From: Dendrobates tinctorius
Taxonomy: Eukaryota
DNA length: 64,000 bases
NCBI RefSeq assembly: GCF_039654945.1
Contig: NW_027361770.1
Coordinates: 24,676,001-24,740,000 of the forward strand
Direction: 5' to 3'
Positions 13,275 through 26,494 of this stretch are shown one piece after another (positions within the stretch are counted from its first letter, which is position 1; every line of letters begins with the position of its first letter). Under the pieces are notes generated by a model. It did no database searches. It worked only from the letters and a program-made list of their open reading frames with translations, and was not told the origin of the DNA. The translations under genes were made by a program, and so were the position numbers.

Positions 13275-14174
13275 TATATATATGGAAATACCACATATAA
13301 ATCATGACAATATATAGAATACTACATCAAGATATATACGAATAATAGCCACTAATGGCCAATATACAGCATTGTTTTATAATATATAAAAAAATCATTT
13401 AAACAAAATGATGACCAATATATAAGATAATACGAACAAAGTAATATACACTAAAGCATAGTACAATACATACAGGATGATTACTCATGGGGCAAATAAT
13501 CCATTCATTTAGTCCAATATATGCAGGAAGATTACTCATAGGGCAAATAGTCTCTTGGACAAGGCATGGCAGATATATCCTTGCTTCAAGCGTTTAATAG
13601 AATCTTCATAAGGCAACACATTCTGTATCAAGTAGCAACCCGGATAACAAAAGGAACCAAGTAAACCTATGATATAAAATAAAAGTTAAAAAACAATAAA
13701 AACAAATAACTGTCATAGCTAAAGGATGGAATACAGCCTACGAGAGTCAAAGAAAAAGGGACAAAACTAATTTGTTCGTTAAGACCCTTGGGATGGAGGG
13801 TGTCAAGAGTCCATATCCAGCGAGACTCTAATTGAGCCAAACGCTGTGACACCCTTCCACCCCTAATGGTCACATCGATAGAATCAATACCTCTAACACG
13901 TAAAAGTGTCGCATCACATCCATGATATTGATGAAAATGTCGTGGGATGGTCTTAAGGGTCGATATGTCGCTGTGGTCAATGGCAGCCAAAATGCCCAGG
14001 ACATGTTCCCTAACACGTACCTTAAAGGGACGTGTGGTCAAACCAATATGAATCAGTCCACAAGGACATAACGCAAAGTAAATGACATTGCGAGTATTAC
14101 AGTTGATCTGTTTTTTAATTTCAAATGTCCTAGATCGATCAGCATTATAAAAGGAATTTGTTCTCTCAATATTA

Positions 14175-14570
14175 AGGTACTGTCACACTTAGCGATGTAC
14201 CAGCGATCCCGACCAGCGATATGACGCGGTCAGGATCGCTGGTACATCGCTAAGTGGTCGCTAGTGAGCTGCCACACAGGCAGATCTCACTAGCGACATC
14301 GCTGGGGACGGGGATCGCTACTTACCTGTCACACCAGGCGATCCTGCATCCTCCCGCCCGGCTCCACGCGTCGCTCATCTTCACAGCAGGAAGCGCCACA
14401 GGAAGCTGACGACGAGAAACAGTCCTGAACGTTCTCGCGCGATCAGCGATAACCAGCAGGGGAGCCGGTCGTAGGTAAGTATCAGACACAGCGATATCGC
14501 TAGCAATATCGCTATAACGTCACTAGTTATAGCGATATTGCTAGCGATATCTCTTAGTGTGACATGCCCT
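14175..14570. mobile_element. PIF/Harbinger-type MITE
   Basis: TTA|AGGTACTGTCACACT ... AGTGTGACATGCCCT|TTA, 3 bp TSD. Removing it restores the Penelope reading frame. Confidence 0.85.
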
Positions 14571-16086
14571 TTAGGGCAGGCCACACATTTCCCACAAGGG
14601 ACACATTCCCCCTAACAATACCAGTATCCAAAAAAGTAGATTTTCTATTCCCAGTATAGTGGCTCCTCACCAATAGGTCCTGGAGATTTTTAGATCGTCT
14701 AGTAGAAATAGCTGGTCTCTCTGATATATACTTTGGTATATATATAACACTCCAAAAAAGTGTTCAAAAAAGTTTCTGGATTTAATTAGTAATCCATACA
14801 GTGTACCATGTTTAGTTGGTGACAAGGTAACAGAGATGGCAGAATCCTGCCAGACTCACAAGGGAGCGACCAAAGGAATATCAAAGCCATGCCAACCTGA
14901 TGCAACAGCAGAGATAGCAGTAGCGCCTTTTCCAGAACCACCAAGGCTGGACCCCAGGCTGCAGCCTTCACCTCTGAGGTTGTTGCAGACTGCAGACACA
15001 AAAGAAAGGAACTGACAACTAGTGAGCTGACTAAGGGGTCTAGGCTGGATGGAAGAGAGAAGGAGGCAAGTCAGGACCAGAGCTGAAGAAATGCTAGTTG
15101 ACTCTCCTTGGGGTTCCTCACCTTCTATGCGGGAGCAGGCAATGGTGCAGGTGATAGAGGCAGCTATCATCCATTTCTACATGTCATAAACTCTTGTACT
15201 ACCTGAAGCTAGGTCACTTACATCCCAGGCACCTGGGAATTGGGCTCCAGGCAGCTGGTTTATGCAATCCCACCAATCACCTGAGGAAGGAGAAGAAGTG
15301 GACACTTGAAAAGGATTACTGGATTACCCTCCTTATATTTTTTTTCTGACTTTGCACTTTCTGCCAAGTGTTTATGAGTGTAGGAGTACATAAAGTACAC
15401 TTTCAAAATATTTGCGTTCAAAAAACATTTCTATTTTCAAGTAGTCATCCATGCAGTTTAATGTTGGTATTGTTACATTACAGTTGTAACTAAAACTCAA
15501 AAGAAGCATTCAGAAATTTGTTCTGAATTCAATTAGTCATCCATTCAGTTTATCATGCTTTGTGTGAAACTACAGTGGGTTAAAATTTTTAAAAACTTCT
15601 TGGCCTGGTACAGTTCACAAAATATTGACTATCGTCATATATACTGTAGATCTGCTTTGTGTGAGATTTTGTTGGTTTGAAATAGAAGCAAAAATTGGCC
15701 TACTATATATGTAGAGATTTGATTGTTCAAAAAATTACAATTACCATCATTTTTTTCAGCAAAGATATTTTGTCACAGTTTTCTTCGAGTTAGCAATATT
15801 TTCAGTAAAAGATGTTTAATTTCTTGAAAACTGTACAGTTAAAAAAAAAATTAATTTACGTAGAAAAAAAGGTGGGTCACTCGTCGTATATACTGTAGAA
15901 TTTAGTTTGTGTGAAATTTCATTGGTGTGAAGTAAAAAAACAAAATTGTCCTGCTACAGGAAATTTGGTTGTTCAAAAGTTCACTATTGTCACATATACT
16001 ATAGAATTTGGTTTGTGTGAAATTTTGTTGGTTTAAAATGAAAAACAAAATTGGCCTGCTATAGGTATACAAATTTGGCCCCTCTA

Positions 16087-16342
16087 ATAATAAATAAATA
16101 ATAATCTTTATATAGTGCCAACATATTCCGTAGAGCTTTACAGTTTGCACACATTATCATTGCTGTCCATGATGGGGCTCACAATCTAAATTCCCTATTA
16201 ATATGTTTTTGTAATGTGGGAGGAAACCTATGTAACCATATGGAGAACATGCAAACTCCTAACATATGTTGTTCTTGATAGGATTTGAACCCAGGACTCC
16301 AGCCCTGCAATGCTGTAGTGCTAACCACTGAGCCACCTTGCT
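16087..16342 (-). mobile_element. tRNA-derived SINE
   Basis: Minus strand head GGTGGCTCAGTGGTTAGCAC (A box) ... GGGTTCAAATCC (B box); (TTA)-rich 3' tail. Confidence 0.8.
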
Positions 16343-16357
16343 TTCCCTCTCTATTCA

Positions 16358-16560
16358 GTCACCAGCCTTCACTATTTCTCCAATTGTGGCATCCCCACCT
16401 TGTACCAGCACATGTCCAGGAATATCACCCTTCTCCTTACCAATGTGATTACTGGGATTGTCCACTTAATGGCTGACATGTGTATAAGCACTTGTGGACA
16501 GGTGCACTACATTTCCTTGATGGCACACTGGGTGGAACATTGTGGAAGCCAGGACCAAGT
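16358..16560 (+). pseudogene. hAT (ZBED-like) transposase fragment
   Basis: Translates SLHYFSNCGIPTLYQHMSRNITLLLTNVITGIVHLMADMCISTCGQVHYISLMAHWV, matching the hAT HLTxDxWTS..YISLTAHW region around the first catalytic Asp. Confidence 0.75.
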
Positions 16561-17324
16561 TCTGGCAGGGGTGTGAAGACATTTTATATCCACTGTACAA
16601 AACAAAAAGCATTTGAAAAAGCAAAAGTTTTGTTTGTATAAGCAGTGTCACACATGGTGTATATAAATATGTGCAACCAATCTGCAAGAAATGCTGTAAA
16701 AAGTGTTAATTGTTAATATTTTTCAGCATGTATCATGAGTTATTACAATCAGTCATTATGTGCCTTGTATTTCATATTGCCATATATTGCTTTATTTCAT
16801 GGATTATTTCTTGTTTTAAGCATTTTTGTAATTGAATTGATTAGTCTTCATTTTCCAACTTTTACTTTACCGCTAAGGATAAGATTACAACTTATAATGA
16901 AGCAAACATATCATTATTATTGTTGCCATAAAGAGCTCCAGCAGCTGTGGTTTAATTACACTCTGCACATTGCTCCGTAAATGCTCTATTTATACACATT
17001 AGCTAGAATGATTTTAGACATAAACTAGACTACAAAGACTGATGTACACAATGATATACATAATTGTTTCCTCCAGTTTTCTCACTTGTTTTACTTTCTT
17101 TGTCTACCTGTGGAAATCTGCATGTTGTCTTTCCAGAATATTTGTTTGTATTTTTAAATATATCTAGGGTACCTTGTCATGCTATGCCTAGCACAGTGGA
17201 GAAGCTGCAAGAAATTCATGGTGGTAATTTGATTGTATGCAAAGAAATGTGAAATAATATTAATTGCATGTTTGGGCTATGTGCCTATCACTGACTACTG
17301 TATGGATACTAAAAAGTAACTATA

Positions 17325-18200
17325 CAGTCGGTACGGAAAGTATTCAGACCCCTTTAAATTTTTCACTTTTTGTTTCATTGCAGCCGTTTGGTAAATTCAA
17401 AAAAGTTCATTTTTCTTTCTCATTAATGTACACTCTGCACCCCATCTTGACTGAAAAAAAACAGAAAGGTAGAAATTTTTGCAAATTTATTAAAAAAGAA
17501 AAACTAGTTAAACAGCTATATGTAAGCCTTACATCACCAAGCACAATTGCAAATGTAGATTGAAGTTGCATAAAGAATACAACTCTGCAGCAGTGGAAGC
17601 GTGAGTGGCAAAAGATGTTTCTGTATCCGACAGTCTGACTGACAAGTCTACATTTGGTATATACCAGGACACCGAAATGAGCCTGACTGCATTGTGTCAC
17701 TTGTAAAGTTTGGTGGGGAAAAGCTAATGCTATTGATTTTTTCAGGGGTTGGCTTAGGTCCCTAGTGATGGAAAATCTAATGCCTCAGTGTATCAAGTAA
17801 TTTTGGATAATTGTATGCTTACAGCTTTGAAGAAACAGTTTGAGGATGTCCCGTGTTTGTTCCAGAATTACTGAGCACACAGCAAGGTCTATAAAGGCAT
17901 TGCTGGGTCTGTTTGGTTTGGAAGATGACTGACCACCACAGAGCACTGACCTAAACAACTTTGGGGTGAGCAAAAAAATAAATTGTGAGCCAGGCCAACA
18001 TCATCGTCTCTCTTCATAAATGTTCTTCAGAATGAATTGCCAAAAATTATTTCAAAGACACTCTAAAATCTTGTGGGAAAACCTCACAGGAGTGGAAACT
18101 GTTATAGCTGCAAAGAGAGCCAACTCCATATTATTGGCTATGTAGTTAGAATGGGATGTCATAAAAGATTTTCTAGGTAGAACAATATAATTTTCATTTA
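17325..18200 (+). mobile_element. Tc1-like relic(s): TIR plus heavily decayed transposase
   Basis: TA|CAGTCGGTACGGAAAGTATTCAGACCCC terminus. Decayed VKFGG and WPPQSTDLN-like coding remnants at 17700-17960. Confidence 0.6.
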
Positions 18201-19678
18201 TATAGCACCAATATAATGTCCAAACAGTGTATGATTCTACAGCAACGACTTATATGTAATTTATCGCATTAATACAACATTCTTACTTAAACTTTACTTT
18301 TTCAGCACTCAATAATTGTTTAAAAAATATGTATTAATGAAAAATTATTTTTTACAATAAATACATTTTCTCAAGCACTTGTTTTTCTCAACCAGATCAG
18401 GTGATTCATGAAGCCCAAACTTTGCTTAGCATATATCCCAGCCTGATGGCATGATTGTAGCCAGGCAAATAATTTTTTTAAATACTACAACGTTTTAGAG
18501 AAGGTTTACTTTGAGGATCCGGACTAGTCGCATCTCTGACTATTGTTCCTGGCCAATTTTTCTGAGTGCTCTCCTGGTGATTGACAAGACTCCCCTATGT
18601 ACACATGAAGGAGAGACATGTTAATCTCCTGCTGCGGCGCTGGTAAGAACCATTTGGACTAGTCTGGCGAGATTGTTAAGTTATATTTTTCCATAGTTTG
18701 GACAGTATGAATCACCTAACAGGTTTCCTTTCACTCTTCCTTCCTAAAATGCCTCATTTATTCTACAACACAAGCATTTTTGAAATCCCCCCTCATGCAA
18801 CTGCTTTTTGTTTGTAAGTTGTTGTGAAAATCCTCCAGTATTTCTTTATGTCTAGCTTTACCTTTTTCCTGTTCACATAGTAGCAAGCATCCGGATCCGT
18901 GAATTAGCTTGTCAAAATTGCAAATATGTTTTGGGTTAGGTGAAAGAATAGGGTAGCTAATAAGTGCCTGACAACTTTGGGTGAACACCACTGGGACTCC
19001 CACAAATTATGATTATGAGGGGTACTGGATCCAGAATCTGGACCGAGCAGCAGTCATGTATTCATGGATGTAACATCTCTAGTGACGCTTGTATCACAGA
19101 AAATAAATCACTAAAAACTGCTGAGAATGAAGAGAAATCACCTTGATACCAGATCTTAGTATTATGACTTCACTGAAGGTTGAATATTATACTAGTTTAG
19201 TAAAAAAAAAAATCATCAACTACAAAGGCTACATAAGTGCAAAAGATATATTTCCTAAATGATTTAAAAATAACTGAAAAAATCTAGTGTCTATGTGGGG
19301 TTGTTTCTATGGCATGTTCATGATTGCTGCAAGCCTCTAAGAAATATGGGACATGAAAATTCACATCGCTTATGTCTACTTGTTGGGCTCCACTATTAAC
19401 TCTGGACATCTGCTCTGGATACAAATGAAAAAAGGAGCTCTTGGCTTTATTCCAATGTCTAAAGTTTATGCTAACCTGAGCGACCTGTCAACCATTGAGA
19501 GATTTCTTGGTCTACACAGTTTGGCTCCTACATGTTAAGACAATACTGTCAGTTCATACATATCCAATAAAATTATATATTATTGCAAGATTAAGCATAC
19601 AAATGTGCATACTATATTATATTAAATTGTAAACTTAATAAAGTAGAATGAATACTTTAGAATTGAAAGCATTTCTAA

Positions 19679-19976
19679 TAGTGATGAGCGAGTACACTCG
19701 TTGCTCGGGTTTTTGGTGATCTCCGAGTATTTTGGCGTGCTCAGAGATTTAGTTTTTGTCAACGCAGCTGCATGATTTGCGGCTGCTGGACAGCCTGAAT
19801 ACATGTGAGGAATGCCTGTTTGTTAGGGAATTCCCTCATGTATTCAAGCTGTTCAGCAACCGCAAATCATGCAGCTGAGGCGACGAAAACTAAATCTCCG
19901 AACACGCCAAAATACTCGGAGACCACCCAAGCATGATCAGGAAAACCCGAGCAATGAGTATACTCGCTCATCACTA
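19679..19976. mobile_element. hAT-type MITE, nearly palindromic
   Basis: 8 bp TSD ATTTCTAA on both sides; TIR TAGTGATGAGCGAGTA. Confidence 0.92.
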
Positions 19977-22032
19977 ATTTCTAATTAATTGTATTATTAG
20001 TAGTAAGGCCAATTTATCCAAACTTTTACGTCAGAAAACTGATATAATAAACTTTGAAAAGTTGCAAGATTTTTATACAAAACAAGGGTTTGCCAAAAAA
20101 ATTTGTGACTTTTGACATTTTCACACCATTTTCTCCCAACGTCAACAAAATGGGCAGAGCAGATACATGGTCCTAGACTAGACGGTGGAGTGATGGTGAC
20201 GGTGACGGTTTTGATGTATCAGGGGCACAGTGTTGGCTTAATCAGTCAGTCTTTATGTCACTATACATTCGCTTTTGCTTCTACAGTTTTAAAATAATGA
20301 GATTTATTTTCAAAGGAAAGCACAGTAAATTGTTTTTAAGATACAAGCATTCATTCTGCTCTTCAGCAGTGACAGTTTTGCATCATTCTAGCGATAAGTC
20401 ACATACAAGCAAATAAAGTCAAGTGTTTCTTTTATGTAATAGTTGATTAAAATAAACATAATGTTGAAGCACTAAACACTAATTGAACATTTTATGTTGT
20501 AATGTTAATGTGCATTGCCCCAGAGAAGATTTTACAATTATGAGTAATGATGTATCTCCACATGCATTCTGACATTTAATTTGGCTGAATTGTATTTTTG
20601 TTGCTGTGAAAATACTACCCTTAAAGAAGGCTGGAAAGCTTTAATAATATTTAACAAAAAACCTGTGACTGCTGGAGCTAGGCTGCAAATCACCCTAATG
20701 TCCTGTTGGCAAACGTGATATTTTATTTGTAGAAAATATAATAAACTGTTTGCTGTATTGATTGAAGAAATATAGTGATTATTATTTCTTCTTGACATCC
20801 TAGTATTTGTTCAATAGGTCAGGGAGCAATGCCATCCGTTTCCTAATAGGACATTCAGTGTAAGATTTGCAAGTCCTACAGGTACCTTTAAGCATAGATA
20901 AATATGCACTCGTGGTTTCACTTGGATAGTTTTTCACCACCAAAGGATGATTATGTTGTGTGCCTTGAGACATTGGCCATAATATATTTCCTGTCCCGTT
21001 ATTGCATTTTAGAATCATAAACAATGACTGTTTGGCTCAAAGCCATTTATTCAGCCCAAAAAGACATTATTTGCACAACAAAAATCAATAAAAATGTTAC
21101 TAGGTCTGGCTGGATATTTTGCTTAACTGTGATATTTGTCTGTCACTGATGGCATGCCATCTCTCGTAGGAGGCTAGGGCCAAAACACAGCTATTGATCC
21201 AGTCATCAGTGATGGATACTGGCATTTGGAAAGAGCTGCTGCAGAGAATCTCGATTAAAAAATATTTCTATGTTTCCCCTGCAGCACAGTCAAGATAACC
21301 TGAATGAGGACATTGTCTTTGTTTTATTAGGCTTCTCCCTCTTCCAGTTGTTAAATGCTTTGGACCAAAGTTCATTATTGAGAAAATTAAGTCAATCTAT
21401 GTTTAGCCAAAGGCTGTGACATCACATCAAATCCAACTGATTTAACCAAGACCTACTTGTCCTTTTCATCGCCTTAAAAGTGCAAAGGAAACATTTCATA
21501 TCTGCTCGTGTGCCATGATCAGGGGTGATATGTAGAGGTGCTTTCTCTGATATTTGAGCAGAGCTTATGCATTTCTCTCATAGTTTGTAAAATGACATAG
21601 ATTTTACAAGGCTGCTGGGGAAACCAGTAAAATGTATGAGCGGTAAACCTTATTGTTCTGCGTAATATGACATCGATCCATTATAATTATGTCTGTGCAT
21701 ATCGGTGTGTGTGCTTCAAATGTTCCTCTTTGTGTAGAAATATTCAGAAATTCTCATTCTTTTTCTAAACAGTACAAACATTCTCCTAAAAGCAAGTTAA
21801 CCTTTATACTTCCATACAGTGTTTTCATGTACCCACAAATAATAATAGGCACAAAGAAATATTATATTTCAAAACAATTACTAGTTGGATTATGTAAGTA
21901 GCATATTCTTTTGATAATAGTTTAAACTATATATTTTTTTTTATTTTACCAGTGTCTGAAGTAAAAACATCACGAGAAAAATCTGTCTTAATTGTATTTA
22001 AAATATTTCTGACATTTGGGGAGATTTATTAA

Positions 22033-22430
22033 GTGGGCTGTCTGGTAATTTTACATTGATGAGCTATCCCAAAGGTCATTTATAGCAGAGACGCCAGGTC
22101 TCCGCCGATCAGCTGTTCACGGTGGTAGTCAGAAGTGCTCTGTTGCGGAGATGCACAGCACAGCTTTGTCAACTGTATAGTGGCTAGAGTTGGGCACTGT
22201 ACATATGCTCTATATTGATTAGAATAAGGGGCAGATATTCAGTACCTTGTCATGTTTACTATGCTGTTGACAGAGCTGTACTGTGCAGCTTTGAAACTGA
22301 GTACTTTTGATTGCCACCTGCATCAGAATCAGCTGATCGGATGGGTGCTGGGTGTCACACCCCCATCAATGAGATATTAATCACCTATCCTAAGGATAGG
22401 CTTTCAATGTAAAAGTCCCAGACAACCCCT
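22033..22430. mobile_element. T2/Kolobok-like MITE (degenerate)
   Basis: TTAA on the left and ACAACCCCT on the right; subterminal inverted TTTTACATTGA..CTATCC / GGATAG..TCAATGTAAAA. Confidence 0.55.
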
Positions 22431-22914
22431 TCAATATTGGTGCTTCAAGCTCATGAACAGAACATATACTAATTTGAAAAATCTGGAATATTTGTGAAAT
22501 GGTAGAGGGAAAAGTTACATCTGATCTCTTAGCTGAGTGACTGTAGCTAAAGGTTCCTAGCCAATAAATTTGGTCCTGTTCTTGTAGTTAGAAAGGAGTG
22601 TCCATTTAAAAATATATCAAAATAGGCATTGTTAACCTTTAAGCCCATGCCACTGCATTGCTTCCTCCAGGAGACGACACTCACATTATGTATTTCTCTG
22701 CCCCCTTCAACATGCCGCATCATACTCCACAAGTACATTTAAATGCACAGTCTCATTAGGCTATATACAGACATAGACTTAAAATATGCATATGCTTATA
22801 CATTACATATGCATTTACACTTTACACTTGCATATACTTTTTTCCAAATATGCACACATATATAAAATACACACATACACATAACACATTTATATAAACA
22901 ATGATACACACATA

Positions 22915-24519
22915 CAGTGGGGAAAAAAAGTATTTAGTCAGTCAGCAATAGTGCAAGTTCCACCACTTAAAAAGATGAGAGGAGTCTGTAATTTACATCA
23001 TAGGTAGACCTCAACTATGGGAGACAAACTGAGAAAAAAAAATCCAGAAAATCACATTGTCTGTTTTTTTTTTTCATTTTATTTGCATATTATGGTGGAA
23101 AATAAGTATTTGGTCAGAAACAAAATTTCATCTCAATACTTTGTGATATATCCTTTGTTGGCAATGACAGAGGTCAAACGTTTTCTGTAAGTCTTCACAA
23201 GGTTGCCACACACTGTTGTTGGTATGTTGGCCCATTCCTCCATGCAGATCTCCTCTAGAGCAGTGATGTTTTTGGCTTTTCGCTTGGCAACACGGACTTT
23301 CAACTCCCTCCAAAGGTTTTCTATAGGGTTGAGATCTGGAGACTGGCTAGGCCACTCCAGGACCTTGAAATGCTTCTTACGAAGCCACTCCTTCGTTGCC
23401 CTGGCGGTGTGCTTTGGATCATTGTCATGTTGAAAGACCCAGCCACGTTTCATCTTCAATGCCCTTGCTGATGGAAGGAGGTTTGCACTCAAAATCTCAC
23501 GATACATGGCCCCATTCATTCTTTCATGTACCCGGATCAGTCGTCCTGGCCCCTTTGCAGAGAAACAGCCCCAAAGCATGATGTTTCCACCACCATGCTT
23601 TACAGTAGGTATGGTGTTTGATGGATGCAACTCAGTATTCTTTTTCCTCCAAACACGACAAGTTGTGTTTCTACCAAACAGTTCCAGTTTGGTTTCATCA
23701 GACCATAGGACATTCTCCCAAAACTCCTCTGGATCATCCAAATGCTCTCTAGCAAACTTCAGACGGGCCCGGACATGTACAGGCTTAAGCAGTGGGACAC
23801 GTCTGGCACTGCAGGATCTGAGTCCATGGTGGCGTAGTGTGTTACTTATGGTAGGCCTTGTTACATTGGTCCCAGCTCTCTGCATTCATTCACTAGGTTC
23901 CCCCGCGTGGTTCTGGGATTTTTGCTCACCGTTCTTGTGATCATTCTGACCCCACGGGGTGGGATTTTGCGTGGAGCACCAGATCGAGGGAGATTATCAG
24001 TGGTCTTGTATGTCTTCCATTTTCTAATTATTGCTCCCACAGTTGATTTCTTCACTCCAAGCTGGTTGGCTATTGCAAATTCAGTCTTCCCAGCCTGGTG
24101 CAGGGCTACAATTTTGTTTCTGGTGTCCTTTGACAGCTCTTTGGTCTTCACCATAGTGGAGTTTGGAGTCAGACTGTTTGAGGGTGTGCACAGGTGTCTT
24201 TTTATACTGATAACAAGTTTAAACAGGTGCCATTATTACAGGTAATGAGTGGAGGAAAAAGGAGACTCTTAAAGAAGTTACAGGTCTGTGAGAGCCAGAA
24301 ATCTTGATTGCTTGTTTCTGACCAAATACTTATTTTCCACCATAATATGCAAATAAAATGAAAAAAAAAACAGACAATGTGATTTTCTGGATTTTTTTTT
24401 CTCAGTTTGTCTCCCATAGTTGAGGTCTACCTATGATGTAAATTACAGACGCCTCTCATCTTTTTAAGTGGTGGAACTTGCACTATTGCTGACTGACTAA
24501 ATACTTTTTTTCCCCACTG
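22915..24519 (-). mobile_element. Tc1-like transposon (family B), young full-length copy
   Basis: TA TSD; ~200 bp nearly identical TIRs starting CAGTGGGGAAAAAAAGTATTTAG. Confidence 0.96.
23133..24154 (-). pseudogene. Tc1 DD34E transposase with a single frameshift near 23885
   Basis: ORF 23861..24154 (HTH region) and ORF 23133..23885 ([26 protein letters not shown]). Confidence 0.93.
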
Positions 24520-25022
24520 TATACACAAATAGATTTTTCTGATGCATATGTTCAGACAACCAGAAAATGTTTTTGCTTCCCCTTTCTACATTCACAGTTT
24601 TAGCAGCATTACTGTTTATTATTATTTAAGCCAGACTATATAAGGTCAATTTTGTTAAATGATTTAGGATGTTTATTTTTGAAAACTTTATTAGCAATGT
24701 GATTATTATGTTTGTTTTTTATGTTTTCAAAAATTTTACAGGGAAAAGGTATCCGACTTCTATTTTCCCTATTATACAGGTGTATAGAGATATACTAATA
24801 AATAAATTCAGGTATATAGAGATATACAAATTTATAGTAATGCATCTCTATATATCAGTACAATATGTCTGTATAGAAGAATACTATTTAGTTCTTTAGG
24901 CAGACTAAAATTATATTTTATTAATAATAATAATAATCTTTATTTTTACATAGCGCTAACATATTCCTCAGCATTTTCAGCATTCTATGGCTTACTGCTA
25001 AACTTTCTTCCCTCCATTCTAA

Positions 25023-26370
25023 GGCTGTGTGCACACGGTGCGGTTTCTGCTGCGCTTCCGCAGCGGTTTTGCCCCTGCGGAAACGCAGCAGTTCCGCTCA
25101 CCAAGTACAGTACAATGAAACCCTATGGGGTTTCAAAAACGCTGTGCTGACGGTGCGGTTTTTCCCGCGCGGTTTTGCTGCGGTTTACAAACCGCATCAT
25201 GTCAATTGTTTGTGCGGTTTCCGCAGCGGTTTCATACCTCTACCATAGTAGAGGTGTGAAACCGCAGGGCAAAACCACAGACCAAACTGCAGGAAAACCG
25301 CAGGTCACTTTACCTGCGGTTTTACCTGCGTTTCCGCGCGGAAAAAAACGCAGCGGAATCCGCAACGTGTGCACATTAGGGTGACCGGATCGCATATGGG
25401 AGGCAAAAGATGTCAGAATCTTGTTCATCTGGACCCCACAAAACGATTCCCCTTTCCAGATATTGAGATAGCCAAAATTTGAGCTCGATCAAACGACGTT
25501 AACCCGTGCCGCTCGTCGCTCAAAGTTTGAAAAAATCCAAATTGAGGTATTTTAAGACTTAGGTATTTTGCATAGTCTGTTAGACTATAAAGAATGTGAC
25601 AACAACATTGCAGAAATAGCCCTGACCAAATTTTCGAACCATTTGTGGTATTTGAATGCAGAGTTGGTGGGATTATCGTTTTTTGATCCTACCATTACAG
25701 ACAATGAAAAGTTGTTAATGGCTAATAAATTGCTCAGTAGCACAGATGAACCATCAGAGCACGCTAACCTACATGAGTTGATAATTTTACATAGTTATCT
25801 AATCTATTCTAGAGCTTTTGTTAAAGTAGTTTTTGAAACGTCAGAATATAATGCTCGGCATTTGCTTACAACTTGCAGGACATATTGCTTTTGTTCTTCA
25901 TCTTTTGTCAGAAGGTCGTTAAAGTCGGTTACTTCCTACCTCTTTTAATTTTTCTTTCCTAACTTTTGGATTTACAACCCTAGCATGCTCTGATGGTTCA
26001 TCTGTGCTACTGAGCAATTTATTAGCCATTAACAACTTTTCATTGTCTGTAATGGTGGGATCAAAAAACGATAATCCCACCAACTCTGCATTTAAATACC
26101 ACAAATGGTTCGAAAATTTGGTCAGGGCTATTTCTGCAATGTTGTTGTCACATTCTTTATAGTCTAACAGACTATGCAAAATACCTAAGTCTTAAAATAC
26201 CTCAATTTGGATTTTTTCAAACTTTGAGCGACGAGCGGCACGGGTTAACGTCGTTTGATCGAGCTCAAATTTTGGCTATCTCAATATCTGGAAAGGGGAA
26301 TCGTTTTGTGGGGTCCAGACGGACAAAATTCCGACATCGATTTTTTGCGGTCACCCTAGTGCACATAGCC
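25023..26370. mobile_element. Harbinger-type MITE interrupted by a hAT foldback
   Basis: TAA|GGCTGTGTGCAC ... GTGCACATAGCC|TAA; internal (T)GCGG / CCGCA motifs. Confidence 0.8.
25377..26358. mobile_element. hAT-superfamily foldback derivative with 358 bp inverted arms containing transposase CDS
   Basis: 8 bp TSD GTGCACAT; TIR TAGGGTGACCG; arms 25409-25766 and 25981-26338. Coding remnants KFSNHLWYL (arms) and LTKDEEQKQYVLQVV (spacer, minus strand). Confidence 0.9.
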
Positions 26371-26494
26371 TAAAGCTTCTGAGTTTGTTTCCTAGATCAG
26401 ACTAAACTTCAAGTAAATCAAATTGTAATTTCCAATTTACATCACTTAATCATTGGCCTTGGAGGTCTTGAGTTTTCTATATTAGGAAGACATA

